This document shows positions 9,556 through 18,646 of a stretch of DNA of 64,000 nt, piece by piece (position 1 is the stretch's first letter; each line of letters begins with the position of its first letter). The DNA comes from Candidatus Iainarchaeum sp. (GTDB lineage: Archaea > Micrarchaeota > Micrarchaeia > Anstonellales > Bilamarchaeaceae). A program made the position numbers and the translations under genes. Location of the stretch: positions 2,781 to 66,780 of the forward strand of contig JAQTME010000005.1 of assembly GCA_028714535.1 (NCBI GenBank), in the 5' to 3' direction. The notes under the pieces are model-generated. The model saw only the letters and a program-made list of their open reading frames with translations. It searched no databases and was not told the origin of the DNA.

Positions 9556-11031
9556 ATGAAAAAAGTCATCATAAGTTTGATCCTGTTGGCGATGCTGGCC
9601 GGCTGCCTCGGCCAGGCTGGAACCGCCCAGCCTACGAAGGAGGAGGTCGGGAAGGCACTGGGAAACGTGACGGCTGCACCCGTGAAGGAACTGATATCGG
9701 TGGGCGGCAGCGACAACCTTTCTGTTGTCAGCATAAGCGCCGTGAACCAGAATGGCAGCTGGCTGTTCCCTATGAAGGATTATGAAGGGCAGTTCCAGAG
9801 CGCAGGCCTCTACAGCACGGCGTTCATGCAGCTGAACGGTTCGCAGATCAGGTGGCTTGATGCCGGCGAGAGCATCTGGCTGACCGCGATGGTGCGTAAC
9901 GGCACCGGCGTGCTCTTCAACGCCGTATATTCCAATGACGCGGTCAACTGCAGCACGGGCAATATCAGGATTCTCGGCAGGGATTACGCGCTTTCAGGGC
10001 TGAGGAACGGCTCCAGCTTCCTCAGGGACGACAAATGGAAGGTGGCGGTCGATTCCCAGGGCGGCTGCCCGAGTCGCATTCTCATCTACATGGACGGCTA
10101 CTTCGACAGGATGAAGGATGGCGAGCAGATAAACCTTTTTAGGAACGACAACACGGTCCTGCTCTCTTTCGAAGGGCTTGCCACGTCGCCCTCGCTAAGG
10201 ATGATAGCCATAGAGCCGGGCATCACTGCAACAACGGAAAACAGAACCATGAATGCGGGTCCGAACAGGACCACGATTACGGATCGGACCAGCCAAGACA
10301 CGGTTACGCAGAGCTTCATACGTACATACAATGATGTTGATGTCTTACCGGGACAGCAGCAGGTCGTGGACACATTTCATGGCGGGAAAATAATCACGGA
10401 AACGACCACCTTTGATACGCCTCTTCAGGTCTTCACAGACAGTGCAGGGGGCAGGATGCTAAAGACAAACGGGTATCGGGCCATGAACAACCTGACTAAT
10501 GGTGCGGGAGGCAAGGCCATACCGGAGGTCCTGCAGGCCGGATTGTTCGATGTGCCTAAATGCCAGGCAACGGTGCTGGGCGAAGATTACGTCCTTCTGA
10601 GCTTTAACGACAGCGGCATAGTGCTGGCAAAGGAAAGCGCGGCGGGCATAATAGACCTGGAAAAGACCCTTACAGCCGATGGCCTCACATTCAGACTGGA
10701 CCGCGTCGGCGGGAGTGGCAGCCCCTCCAATCTCTGGTGGGCGAACGTATCCATATTGGACACGAACGGAAACGTCCTGAAGAAGGACAAGGTAGGCGAG
10801 TCGGAGACTAAGGATTACATCATAAACGGCAAAGACCACAAGTTCCACGTCTACCAGGTAGCGCCGGGTTACACCTTCGCGGCACAATGGGCCAGGGTGG
10901 CTGTCTTCTCGGAGATGGCATACGTGGAAGACGGCGGCACCTTCACCGCCTCGTCCAACCAGAGCTATTCGTTCAGCATGAACCGGAGCGGGGATACGCT
11001 GCAGGGCTGGCAGTTCAGGGCGCTCCCCTGA
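9556..11031 (+). CDS. Putative lipoprotein with S-layer-like domains
   Basis: Lipobox-like LAGC after a hydrophobic stretch, many N-x-S/T sequons. The C-terminal VYQVAPGYTFAAQWA segment recalls archaeal S-layer proteins (from memory). Confidence 0.6.
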   Translation: MKKVIISLILLAMLAGCLGQAGTAQPTKEEVGKALGNVTAAPVKELISVGGSDNLSVVSISAVNQNGSWLFPMKDYEGQFQSAGLYSTAFMQLNGSQIRWLDAGESIWLTAMVRNGTGVLFNAVYSNDAVNCSTGNIRILGRDYALSGLRNGSSFLRDDKWKVAVDSQGGCPSRILIYMDGYFDRMKDGEQINLFRNDNTVLLSFEGLATSPSLRMIAIEPGITATTENRTMNAGPNRTTITDRTSQDTVTQSFIRTYNDVDVLPGQQQVVDTFHGGKIITETTTFDTPLQVFTDSAGGRMLKTNGYRAMNNLTNGAGGKAIPEVLQAGLFDVPKCQATVLGEDYVLLSFNDSGIVLAKESAAGIIDLEKTLTADGLTFRLDRVGGSGSPSNLWWANVSILDTNGNVLKKDKVGESETKDYIINGKDHKFHVYQVAPGYTFAAQWARVAVFSEMAYVEDGGTFTASSNQSYSFSMNRSGDTLQGWQFRALP

Positions 11032-11089
11032 CCGGTGCCGCGAGCCCAATATTTGAAAAACCAACCGGTTGATGTAATACCAGAGGCAC

Positions 11090-12172
11090 ATGGGACTGCA
11101 GGAGAAACTGAAGGAGCTCGAGGAAGAGCTTGGGCGCACGCAGAAGAACAAGGCCACGGAGTACCATATCGGAATCCTCAAGTCCAAGATAGCGCAGATA
11201 CGCCGCGAATTGATTTCGCCGAAGAAGCACGGCGCGAGCGCGGGCGGGTTCGACATAAAGAAGAGCGGCGACGCGACCGTCGCCATGATGGGCCTGCCCA
11301 GCGTTGGCAAGAGCACCCTCTTGAACAAGCTGACCAAGGCTGAATCCAAGACCGCGGCGTACGCGTTCACGACTTTGAAGTGCATACCGGGCGTCATGGA
11401 ATACAACGACACCAAGATACAGATTCTTGATTTGCCGGGCATAATAGAGGGGGCCAAGGACGGCAGGGGCCGCGGGCGCGAAGTGATAGCGGTCGCGAGG
11501 AACGCGGATTTGCTGCTGCTCATGGTGGAGGCCGCGAGCCCGAGGCAGGTGCGCATAATAGAGAACGAATTGTACGGGTTCGGCATAAGGATAAACGCCA
11601 GGGCGCCGGACGTGTCCGTATCCAAGCAGGCGCGCGGCGGGGTGACCATAAACGCCACCGTGCCGCTCACCAAGATAAGCAACAGGGAGATACTCGCCGT
11701 GCTCAACGAGTACCGCATATTCAACGCCAACGTGGTGCTGCGGCAGGACATGACCCTGGACGAGTTCATAGACGCGCTCGAGGGCAACCGCGCCTACATA
11801 CCTGCGATATACCTGCTGACCAAGGCGGACCTGGTCAAGAACGTGGGGAAGCTGCCGTTCAGTTATATACCGGTGTCGGCAGAGACAGGCGCAGGCCTGG
11901 AGGACCTGAGGAGGGAGATATACCTGAAGCTGAACCTCATGCACGTCTATACGAAGAAAAGGGGCGAGCAGGCAGACATGCACGAGCCGCTGGTGGTGCG
12001 GCGCGGCACCACCGTGGCCATGGTCTGCGAGAAGCTGCACCGCGACCTGAAGAAGGAGTTCCGTTTCGCGCTTGTCTGGGGGAAGAGCGTCAAGCACCAG
12101 CCCCAGCGCGTCGGGCTCGGGCACGTGCTCACGGACGGGGACATAATACAGATTATAAAACGCCAGGGGTGA
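11090..12172 (+). CDS. drg: DRG-family GTP-binding protein with TGS domain
   Basis: GLPSVGKST (G1), AAYAFTT (G2), DLPGIIEGAKDGRGRG (G3), C-terminal TGS VWGKSVKH. Confidence 0.95.
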   Translation: MGLQEKLKELEEELGRTQKNKATEYHIGILKSKIAQIRRELISPKKHGASAGGFDIKKSGDATVAMMGLPSVGKSTLLNKLTKAESKTAAYAFTTLKCIPGVMEYNDTKIQILDLPGIIEGAKDGRGRGREVIAVARNADLLLLMVEAASPRQVRIIENELYGFGIRINARAPDVSVSKQARGGVTINATVPLTKISNREILAVLNEYRIFNANVVLRQDMTLDEFIDALEGNRAYIPAIYLLTKADLVKNVGKLPFSYIPVSAETGAGLEDLRREIYLKLNLMHVYTKKRGEQADMHEPLVVRRGTTVAMVCEKLHRDLKKEFRFALVWGKSVKHQPQRVGLGHVLTDGDIIQIIKRQG

Positions 12173-12181
12173 GATTGTCAT

Positions 12182-12763
12182 ATGGCATACGAGCAGAAGA
12201 ACTTCGACGGGTTGTTGGGGATTGAAGGGTTCAGCGACACGCTGCTGAAGAACCACTTCACGCTCTACGGCGGCTATGTCGCCAACACGAACAAGGCGGC
12301 TGACCTGCTGGCGGGCATGGCCAAGGACGGCAGGGCCGGCACGCCTGAATACGCAGAGGTGAAGCGGCGTTTTGGGTGGGAATATAACGGCATGCGGCTG
12401 CACGAATATTACTTCGGGAACATGAGGAAGGGCGGCGCTGCGATGGGGCCGGCGCTCGCGAAGGCGCTCGCCGCGGAATTCGGCTCTGCCGAGAACTGGG
12501 AGAAGGACTTCCGTGCCACTGGCGCGATGCGCGGCATCGGCTGGGTGGTATTATACTACGACGGCGCTGCGAAGCGGCTGTTCAACTGCTGGGTGAACGA
12601 GCACGACGCCGGCCACCTTTCGGGCGCCACGCCTGTGCTCGTCATGGACGTGTTCGAGCACGCGTACATGATTGATTACGGGCTGAAGAAGGCGGACTAT
12701 ATCGCCGCGTTCATGAAGAACATCGACTGGAAGGAAGCCGAGGCGCGGTTCTCGCGCGCCTAA
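12182..12763 (+). CDS. sod: Fe/Mn superoxide dismutase
   Basis: Metal ligands in NHFTLY, RLHEYYF and MDVFEHAY. Confidence 0.9.
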   Translation: MAYEQKNFDGLLGIEGFSDTLLKNHFTLYGGYVANTNKAADLLAGMAKDGRAGTPEYAEVKRRFGWEYNGMRLHEYYFGNMRKGGAAMGPALAKALAAEFGSAENWEKDFRATGAMRGIGWVVLYYDGAAKRLFNCWVNEHDAGHLSGATPVLVMDVFEHAYMIDYGLKKADYIAAFMKNIDWKEAEARFSRA

Positions 12764-13602
12764 TCCACATACAGCACGCTGATTTCCGGGCGGGTGAGGA
12801 AGCGCACGCCGCCGGGTATCACGCCGCAGGTTATGTACATGTCGTGCTGGCCGAGCTTCGCCCTCCCGCCGACCGTGTCGCCGAGCCCCAGGACGCGGGT
12901 GATGGCATCGGTCACCATCGGCAGCCGCACCTGTCCGCAGTGCGTGTGGCCGGAAAGCAGGAGCGCGCCTGCCGGGAGCTCCTCGCCGTAAAAGGCCACT
13001 GGGTTGTGCGCCAGGATTATCTGCGGCACGGCTGGGCTGATGCCCTGCTCCGCTTTCCTGAAGTCGTTGCGGCACGCCCAGTAATCGTCGATGCCGACGA
13101 TGGCGACGCGGTGCCCTGCCGCGTCTATTATGCGGTAGTCGTTGCGCAGCACCGTTATGCCCATGGACTCCAGCTTGGCCGCGACCTTGTCAGCGTAGGA
13201 GGCGTTGGCTCTCGAGCAGCCCCATTCCCGGTAGTCGTGGTTGCCGAGGACCGCGTAAACCCCGTATTTCGCCCGTATGTTCCCGAGCGGGCCGAGCTTC
13301 TCCCATGCGCCGTCATCCAGCTCCACGTAGTCGCCTGCCAGGAACACGATGTCCGGTTGCTGCGCGTTCACGAGCGCGACCGCGCCGTCGAGATAGTTCG
13401 GGTAGTCGTACGTGGTTTCCGTGTCGCTTATGAGCACCGCCTTCAGCGGCGCGCCGTGGCCGTCGAAAAGGCTGAAGTTGTTCTCGGTGACCTCGAGGTC
13501 GTAGGGCGCGATGGCGAATGAGTAGAACGCGACGACAAGCAGTACGGCTATCGCTGCGGGCAGATAGGGCATCATGCGGTCTATCATGCTGATGGCACGC
13601 AC
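12760..13602 (-). CDS. Membrane-anchored metallophosphoesterase (YkuE-like)
   Basis: LISDT, LAGDY, VLGNHD, AHNP and SGHTHCGQ calcineurin-like motifs. N-terminal TM. Confidence 0.9.
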   Translation of the reverse strand: MRAISMIDRMMPYLPAAIAVLLVVAFYSFAIAPYDLEVTENNFSLFDGHGAPLKAVLISDTETTYDYPNYLDGAVALVNAQQPDIVFLAGDYVELDDGAWEKLGPLGNIRAKYGVYAVLGNHDYREWGCSRANASYADKVAAKLESMGITVLRNDYRIIDAAGHRVAIVGIDDYWACRNDFRKAEQGISPAVPQIILAHNPVAFYGEELPAGALLLSGHTHCGQVRLPMVTDAITRVLGLGDTVGGRAKLGQHDMYITCGVIPGGVRFLTRPEISVLYVD

Positions 13603-13640
13603 CGCAGGATTTAATTTGTTTCTTTTCCAGATAGGAGCCC

Positions 13641-13904
13641 ATGGACATAGGGGCTGACATGGACAGGGTCATATCCTGGTGCGAGGATGCCAAGCGCCAG
13701 CGCGGGCGCACGCCGGTCATAGAGCGCAACCCGTTCCGCGACGAGATGCCCTGGATGCGGCGCTTCACGCTCATAGAGATAGACCGGCCCAAGGAAAGCG
13801 CGTCCAGGCACAGCCTCGTCTACGACTCCACGACCAGGTCGCTCTGGCAGTTCCTGAACGGCACCTGGCACAGGGTGGAGAGGGAGCTCAGGGTCGAGAG
13901 ATAG
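13641..13904 (+). CDS. Small hypothetical protein
   Basis: Compact ORF with host-like codon usage directly upstream of the membrane AAA gene. The true start may be 13659. Confidence 0.6.
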   Translation: MDIGADMDRVISWCEDAKRQRGRTPVIERNPFRDEMPWMRRFTLIEIDRPKESASRHSLVYDSTTRSLWQFLNGTWHRVERELRVER

Positions 13905-13940
13905 GCGCATATTAAAAAAACCCAGCACGGAAGCACTACC

Positions 13941-16634
13941 ATGCCAGCAGTGAAGCAGCAGTCCATGGGCCGGCAGAAGGTGGCGGCCTATCTCGCCATG
14001 GCCCAGCGCAGCGATTCGCTGTGGGGCGCGTTCCTCGTATTCCTCGGCGCCCTCGCGCTGCTCAGCAGCATACCGTTCTATCCCGTCTACATCGTGCTGG
14101 CGCTGGCCGCGGTGTGCGGGCTCGTCGCCCTCAGGTATCCGCCCGCTGGCGTTGTAGTCGGCGCGCTCTTCGCCTTCCCTGCGGTCGTCTACCAGTCCGC
14201 GGTCTTCGGCTGGCTCTACGTGATGATACTTTCCGCGATACTTTTCGAGGCCGTGGAGAACTGGCGGATAGTATCGACGCTGCAGGTGCTCGTGCTCGCG
14301 CCCTTCGCGTTCGGCGGCATGCCGTTCGCGGGCTGGCTCAGCATCCTCGGCATGGCCCTGGGCTCGTTCCATTTCGGCTCCCGCAAGAGCATATCCATAT
14401 CGCTCCCGGCGGTCTTCCTCATATTGTTGCTGTCGTCCCTCTGGGTCGTGCAGAACAGCGCGTACCTGCCGCTGAAGATGGACCTGTACCAGCCGGGCCA
14501 GCCGGACCTGCTGTTCGCGAAGCCGGCCCTTGACATAGGAGCAGTGGGGCCCGCGGCCGGAGGCGCGCTCGCGGCGTTCCTGGACTGGGCCAACATCCAG
14601 CGCATATGGAACGCGTTCAACTGGCTGGCTGGCAACGTGCTGCTCCTGCTCGTCAGGGACTCGCTGCTGCTGCAGCTCGCTGCCTGGGGCTTCGCGCTCT
14701 GGTTCATGAGCTGGCTCTCCAGCAGGCAGTCGCAGCTCGTGTCGTCGCTCGCCCTCCTCACCGTGCTCCCTGTGTACTTCGTCATCGGCCTGCTGTACGG
14801 GACGCAGCTGCAGCCCGGGCTTGCGGGAGGGGTCGCCTGCGCAGTGGCAGTCCTCGCGGTGCTGGGCCAGGGGGGCGTCCGCATAAGCCGCGAATCCGAG
14901 GTGGAGCGCGGCGAGAAGATGAAGGCATACGGCAAGTTCGGAATGGCCGACATCTCCATGGGCGGCGAGGAGAGGTCCATGGCCGACGTGGGCGGCTACG
15001 ATGACGTGAAGGACGAGCTGCGCGAGGCCATAATGGTCCCGCTGGAGAAGAAGGAGCTCGCCTATACCTATGGGATAAAGCCGCCGGCCGGCATACTGCT
15101 CTTCGGGCCGCCTGGAACAGGAAAGACCATGCTCATGCGCGCGCTCGCGAAGGAATTGAAATACAACTTCATAGAGGTCCGCTCGTCCCAGATAATGTCG
15201 CAATGGGTCGGCGAATCCGAGAAGAACGTGGCCGAGGTGTTCGCCAACGCGCGCAGGAGCGCGCCCACGGTGCTGTTCTTCGACGAGATAGACTCCATCG
15301 CCAAGAAGCGCAGCTCGATGGGGGACAGCCTCGACGTGGTCGGGCCGCGCGTCCTGAGCGAATTGCTCCAGCAGATAGACGGCGCGAACAAGGCGAAGGG
15401 GACCGTGATGGTGATAGGAGCGACAAACCTGCCGAACGAGCTGGACACCGCGCTGCTTCGGCCAGGGAGGCTGGACAAGATAATATACATGCACCTGCCC
15501 GACCCCGAGGCCAGGCGCGCCATACTCAAGGTGCACCTGGGCAAGCTGCCTGTCGATGAGAATATCGACATGGACGTGCTGGTGAAGAAGACGGACAGGT
15601 TCTCAGGCGCGGACCTGAAGAACGTGGTCACAGAGGCGAAGCGGCTCGCTGCGCGTGAGGCGTCGCAGAAGGGCAGCATCGTCCCGATTTCAATGGAGCA
15701 CATGCTCACCGTGCTTAAGCAGGTCAAGCCGAGCACAGGGCTGGCCCAGCTGGACAACTACGAGCAGTTCAGGATGGACTTCGAAAGGCGCGTCGGCGCC
15801 GCGAAGCCGAAAGAGGAGGAGGCCGCGAAGGAGACCGTGGTGAGGTGGGACGACGTTGCGGGCCTGGACGAGGTGAAGCAGGCGCTGCTCGAAGCGATCG
15901 AGCTGCCGCTGCTGCACGAGGCCGAGATGAAGGAGTTCAAGGTCAAGCCCAGCAAGGGCATACTGCTGTTCGGCCCGCCTGGCACGGGCAAGACGCTCAT
16001 AGCGCGCGCCGCCGCGAACGAGCTGAAGGCGTCGTTCCAGGCGCTGAGCGCAGCCGAGGTCATGAAGAAGGGCTACACGCAGGCCGTCGGCGTCATAAAG
16101 GAGGCGTTCAACCGCGCGCGGGAGAACGCGCCGGGCATAATATTCGTCGACGAGATAGAGACGTTCGCGCCGGCCAGGGGCATGGGCGGCTCGGCTGAGA
16201 TACTGGGCCAGTTCCTGACCGAGATGGACGGCGTGAAGGCGCAGAAAGGGGTCGTGGTGCTGGCCGCGACCAACAAGCCCACGCTCATGGACCCTGCCAT
16301 CATGAGGCCGGGCAGGTTCGACAAGATATTCTACCTGCCTCCGCCAGACGAGAAGGGCAGGGCGGACATGTTCAGGATACATCTCGGCACGTTCGCGGAA
16401 GGGATTGACGTTGATGCGCTCGCGGGCATGACAAACGGGTTCAGCGGCGCGGACATAGCTGAAGTGTGCCAGAGCGCGAAGATGGTGGCGCTGCGCGCCA
16501 AGCTGGGCGGCAGGCCGCAGAAGCCGACCACAGAGACCGTCGCCGCGGTCATAAAGAAGAGGAGGCCGTCCATAACGCCTGCGATGCTCGAGGAATACGA
16601 GCGCTTCATGGAAGCGTACGGCGAACGGAGATAA
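13941..16634 (+). CDS. CDC48-like tandem AAA+ ATPase with N-terminal multi-pass membrane domain
   Basis: Two AAA modules (GPPGTGKT/FFDEID/PGRLD and GPPGTGKT/FVDEIE/PGRFD) preceded by ~310 aa of largely hydrophobic helices. Confidence 0.92.
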   Translation: MPAVKQQSMGRQKVAAYLAMAQRSDSLWGAFLVFLGALALLSSIPFYPVYIVLALAAVCGLVALRYPPAGVVVGALFAFPAVVYQSAVFGWLYVMILSAILFEAVENWRIVSTLQVLVLAPFAFGGMPFAGWLSILGMALGSFHFGSRKSISISLPAVFLILLLSSLWVVQNSAYLPLKMDLYQPGQPDLLFAKPALDIGAVGPAAGGALAAFLDWANIQRIWNAFNWLAGNVLLLLVRDSLLLQLAAWGFALWFMSWLSSRQSQLVSSLALLTVLPVYFVIGLLYGTQLQPGLAGGVACAVAVLAVLGQGGVRISRESEVERGEKMKAYGKFGMADISMGGEERSMADVGGYDDVKDELREAIMVPLEKKELAYTYGIKPPAGILLFGPPGTGKTMLMRALAKELKYNFIEVRSSQIMSQWVGESEKNVAEVFANARRSAPTVLFFDEIDSIAKKRSSMGDSLDVVGPRVLSELLQQIDGANKAKGTVMVIGATNLPNELDTALLRPGRLDKIIYMHLPDPEARRAILKVHLGKLPVDENIDMDVLVKKTDRFSGADLKNVVTEAKRLAAREASQKGSIVPISMEHMLTVLKQVKPSTGLAQLDNYEQFRMDFERRVGAAKPKEEEAAKETVVRWDDVAGLDEVKQALLEAIELPLLHEAEMKEFKVKPSKGILLFGPPGTGKTLIARAAANELKASFQALSAAEVMKKGYTQAVGVIKEAFNRARENAPGIIFVDEIETFAPARGMGGSAEILGQFLTEMDGVKAQKGVVVLAATNKPTLMDPAIMRPGRFDKIFYLPPPDEKGRADMFRIHLGTFAEGIDVDALAGMTNGFSGADIAEVCQSAKMVALRAKLGGRPQKPTTETVAAVIKKRRPSITPAMLEEYERFMEAYGERR

Positions 16635-17303
16635 TCAGCTTCTTAGGGCGGCGAGGACGTTTCCTGACGCGTTTCCGCAGATTTGCTGCACCAGCTCCAG
16701 GCCGGCGGTAACCACGCGCGTGAAAGTGATGGCGAGCGCGTCCAGGTTCTTGGGGACCAGGCAGCCGAGATGGTACCGCTTGTCCAGGGGTATCACGATG
16801 TCCAGCACGGCGAACTCGGCGTATTTCCCCGGCGGGATGAACGACGACCAGATGAGCAGGTCGTAGGGATGCTTCTTACGGTCGAGGGCGGCGAACTGCT
16901 CTAGGTCTGCTTTGACGTTACGGAAATCTTCCCGCATGCCGAGGATGGATACCAGCATCGGGCCGACGAGCTCTTGGGTGAAGACCTCTATGTGCCCTGA
17001 CCTGAGCGGACGGCAGCCCATGCCGAGCGCGTTGAGCCTGTCCGCGTTGCGCATGAGCAGGCCGGCGGCCTGCGGCTCCACAAGGTCAAAGCCCCTGATG
17101 CCGATCGCCGACAGGGCGATGTGGAGGTGGAACTCGCCCGGCTCGCGCGAGAGCGCGCGTATCAGGTCGTAGGAATCGGCGAAATGGCCTTGGAACAGGT
17201 CCCTTACCCTCGGCTGGAGGTGCGGCAGGACCTGGCTGGTGAAATTCTTCCTGCACAGCTCCAGGTGGGTTTTGCTGCCCGGGAACGCTTGCGTTGTTGC
17301 CAT
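16635..17303 (-). CDS. Hypothetical protein, paralog of 17306-18004
   Basis: Shares HFxDSYxL, GLLxRxADRL and LxSILG blocks with its neighbour. Confidence 0.7.
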   Translation of the reverse strand: MATTQAFPGSKTHLELCRKNFTSQVLPHLQPRVRDLFQGHFADSYDLIRALSREPGEFHLHIALSAIGIRGFDLVEPQAAGLLMRNADRLNALGMGCRPLRSGHIEVFTQELVGPMLVSILGMREDFRNVKADLEQFAALDRKKHPYDLLIWSSFIPPGKYAEFAVLDIVIPLDKRYHLGCLVPKNLDALAITFTRVVTAGLELVQQICGNASGNVLAALRS

Positions 17304-17305
17304 AA

Positions 17306-18004
17306 TCATGCCCACATTTCACAGGCCGGCTGCGCCACGGTGTTTTCGGTGAGAAACCTGGTTTTCAGCATTTCAGGTATGGATTTCAGCCTTCCCATGA
17401 CCTGCTCCACGACCGCGACTGCCGCGGCGACCAGCGGTGCCGTCTTCAGGAATCCGTCCTGCTCTGAGGGGAATTGCATCATGCCCGTGCAGGTATCTAT
17501 CTGGTTTATGACAAATATATTGTCCGGGGCGACCAGCGAGGGCCAGCCCAGCCGCGCGTATGGGTATGCCAGTGGCTTGGCCAGGTTGAGCCTCGCGAAC
17601 TCCGTGAGGCCTGCATTCATGGCCCCCCAATTGCGGATGCGCTTGCCGAGGATGGATGCAAGCTGCGGCATGAGGGTTTCGGGGTTGAACGCCTCCACCG
17701 TTCCGGGTTCCTTGATGTGGAAGGCCAGGCCCAGCGTCTTGAGCCGGTCAGCGTGGCGCTGGAGCAGCCCGTAGAATGACGCGGGAAGCAGCTCGTGGCA
17801 CTTTACGCCGAACGAAAGCAGGCCGAAGCCGACCGGCAATTGATCGCCGGATTCCTTGGACAGCGAGTTCACCAGAAGGTAGGAATCGCAGAAGTGCCGC
17901 TCGAACGCCCTGGTTGCCGGGAAAGACGGCACGACGTTGCGGATGTAATTCGCCCTGCATGCCAACAGATGCTGCGCTGAAACGGTTGCTTGTGGTGTTG
18001 CCAT
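17306..18004 (-). CDS. Hypothetical protein, paralog of 16635-17303
   Basis: Same shared blocks. Its stop lies 2 nt before the next ATG. Confidence 0.7.
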   Translation of the reverse strand: MATPQATVSAQHLLACRANYIRNVVPSFPATRAFERHFCDSYLLVNSLSKESGDQLPVGFGLLSFGVKCHELLPASFYGLLQRHADRLKTLGLAFHIKEPGTVEAFNPETLMPQLASILGKRIRNWGAMNAGLTEFARLNLAKPLAYPYARLGWPSLVAPDNIFVINQIDTCTGMMQFPSEQDGFLKTAPLVAAAVAVVEQVMGRLKSIPEMLKTRFLTENTVAQPACEMWA

Positions 18005-18029
18005 AAGAAAGACTTTATGTAAGTAGGAT

Positions 18030-18602
18030 TTAAATGGCTTTTGCCTGCAGGACGATGCTGAGGACGCGCTTCCCGGCGTCGTCGGATTCTTCGGACGCGG
18101 CTGCGGTGAAGCCGGAGAATTCTTTTGCGATGCGGATGGCGGCAGCGCCCGGGGAAGCTGGAGGGGGCGCAGGCACGCAGAGAAGATAATATCCGCCTGG
18201 CTTCAGCGTCCGTTTCAGCTCGCGCCTGTAGAATCGTTTCCCTTCTGCATCCTGCTCCTGCCCGTAGCAGAGGACGTCTATGGCGAAGTCGAAGAACGCG
18301 TCTTCGAACAGCCATGCGTCCATGGCGCTGTGGCAGTGCACCCTCACGCTGTGCATGTCAAGGCCCTCGGTGACTGAGCTGTCCCGGTCTATCGCATGGA
18401 CCTCGAACCCGTTCCTGGCGAAAAATACGGAATCACGCCCGCTGCCGCAGCCTATGTCGGCGAGCGTCGCGCCTGCGGTGCGCGCGCCCTTCGATTCCAG
18501 GAACTTCAGGAAGAATACCGCTGCAGGGCTGGGCGGCTGTGTGAAGGGCTTCGGGCTGCGGCCCTCGTATTCCCTCAGCCAGGGCGTGTCCGGGTTCTCC
18601 AT
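18030..18602 (-). CDS. Class I SAM-dependent methyltransferase
   Basis: LADIGCGSGRD motif I, FDFAID, LKPGG. Start taken at MENPD. Confidence 0.85.
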   Translation of the reverse strand: MENPDTPWLREYEGRSPKPFTQPPSPAAVFFLKFLESKGARTAGATLADIGCGSGRDSVFFARNGFEVHAIDRDSSVTEGLDMHSVRVHCHSAMDAWLFEDAFFDFAIDVLCYGQEQDAEGKRFYRRELKRTLKPGGYYLLCVPAPPPASPGAAAIRIAKEFSGFTAAASEESDDAGKRVLSIVLQAKAI

Positions 18603-18646
18603 GGGGAATACTAAGATAAAAGAGAATAAAAATATGAAGAAAAAAA

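Noticed and set aside
13611-15536. 641-aa antisense ORF (likewise 11015-12403, 27083-28459 and 34018-35412)
   Set aside because: These are GC-rich antisense shadows of well-supported genes, with no motifs of their own.
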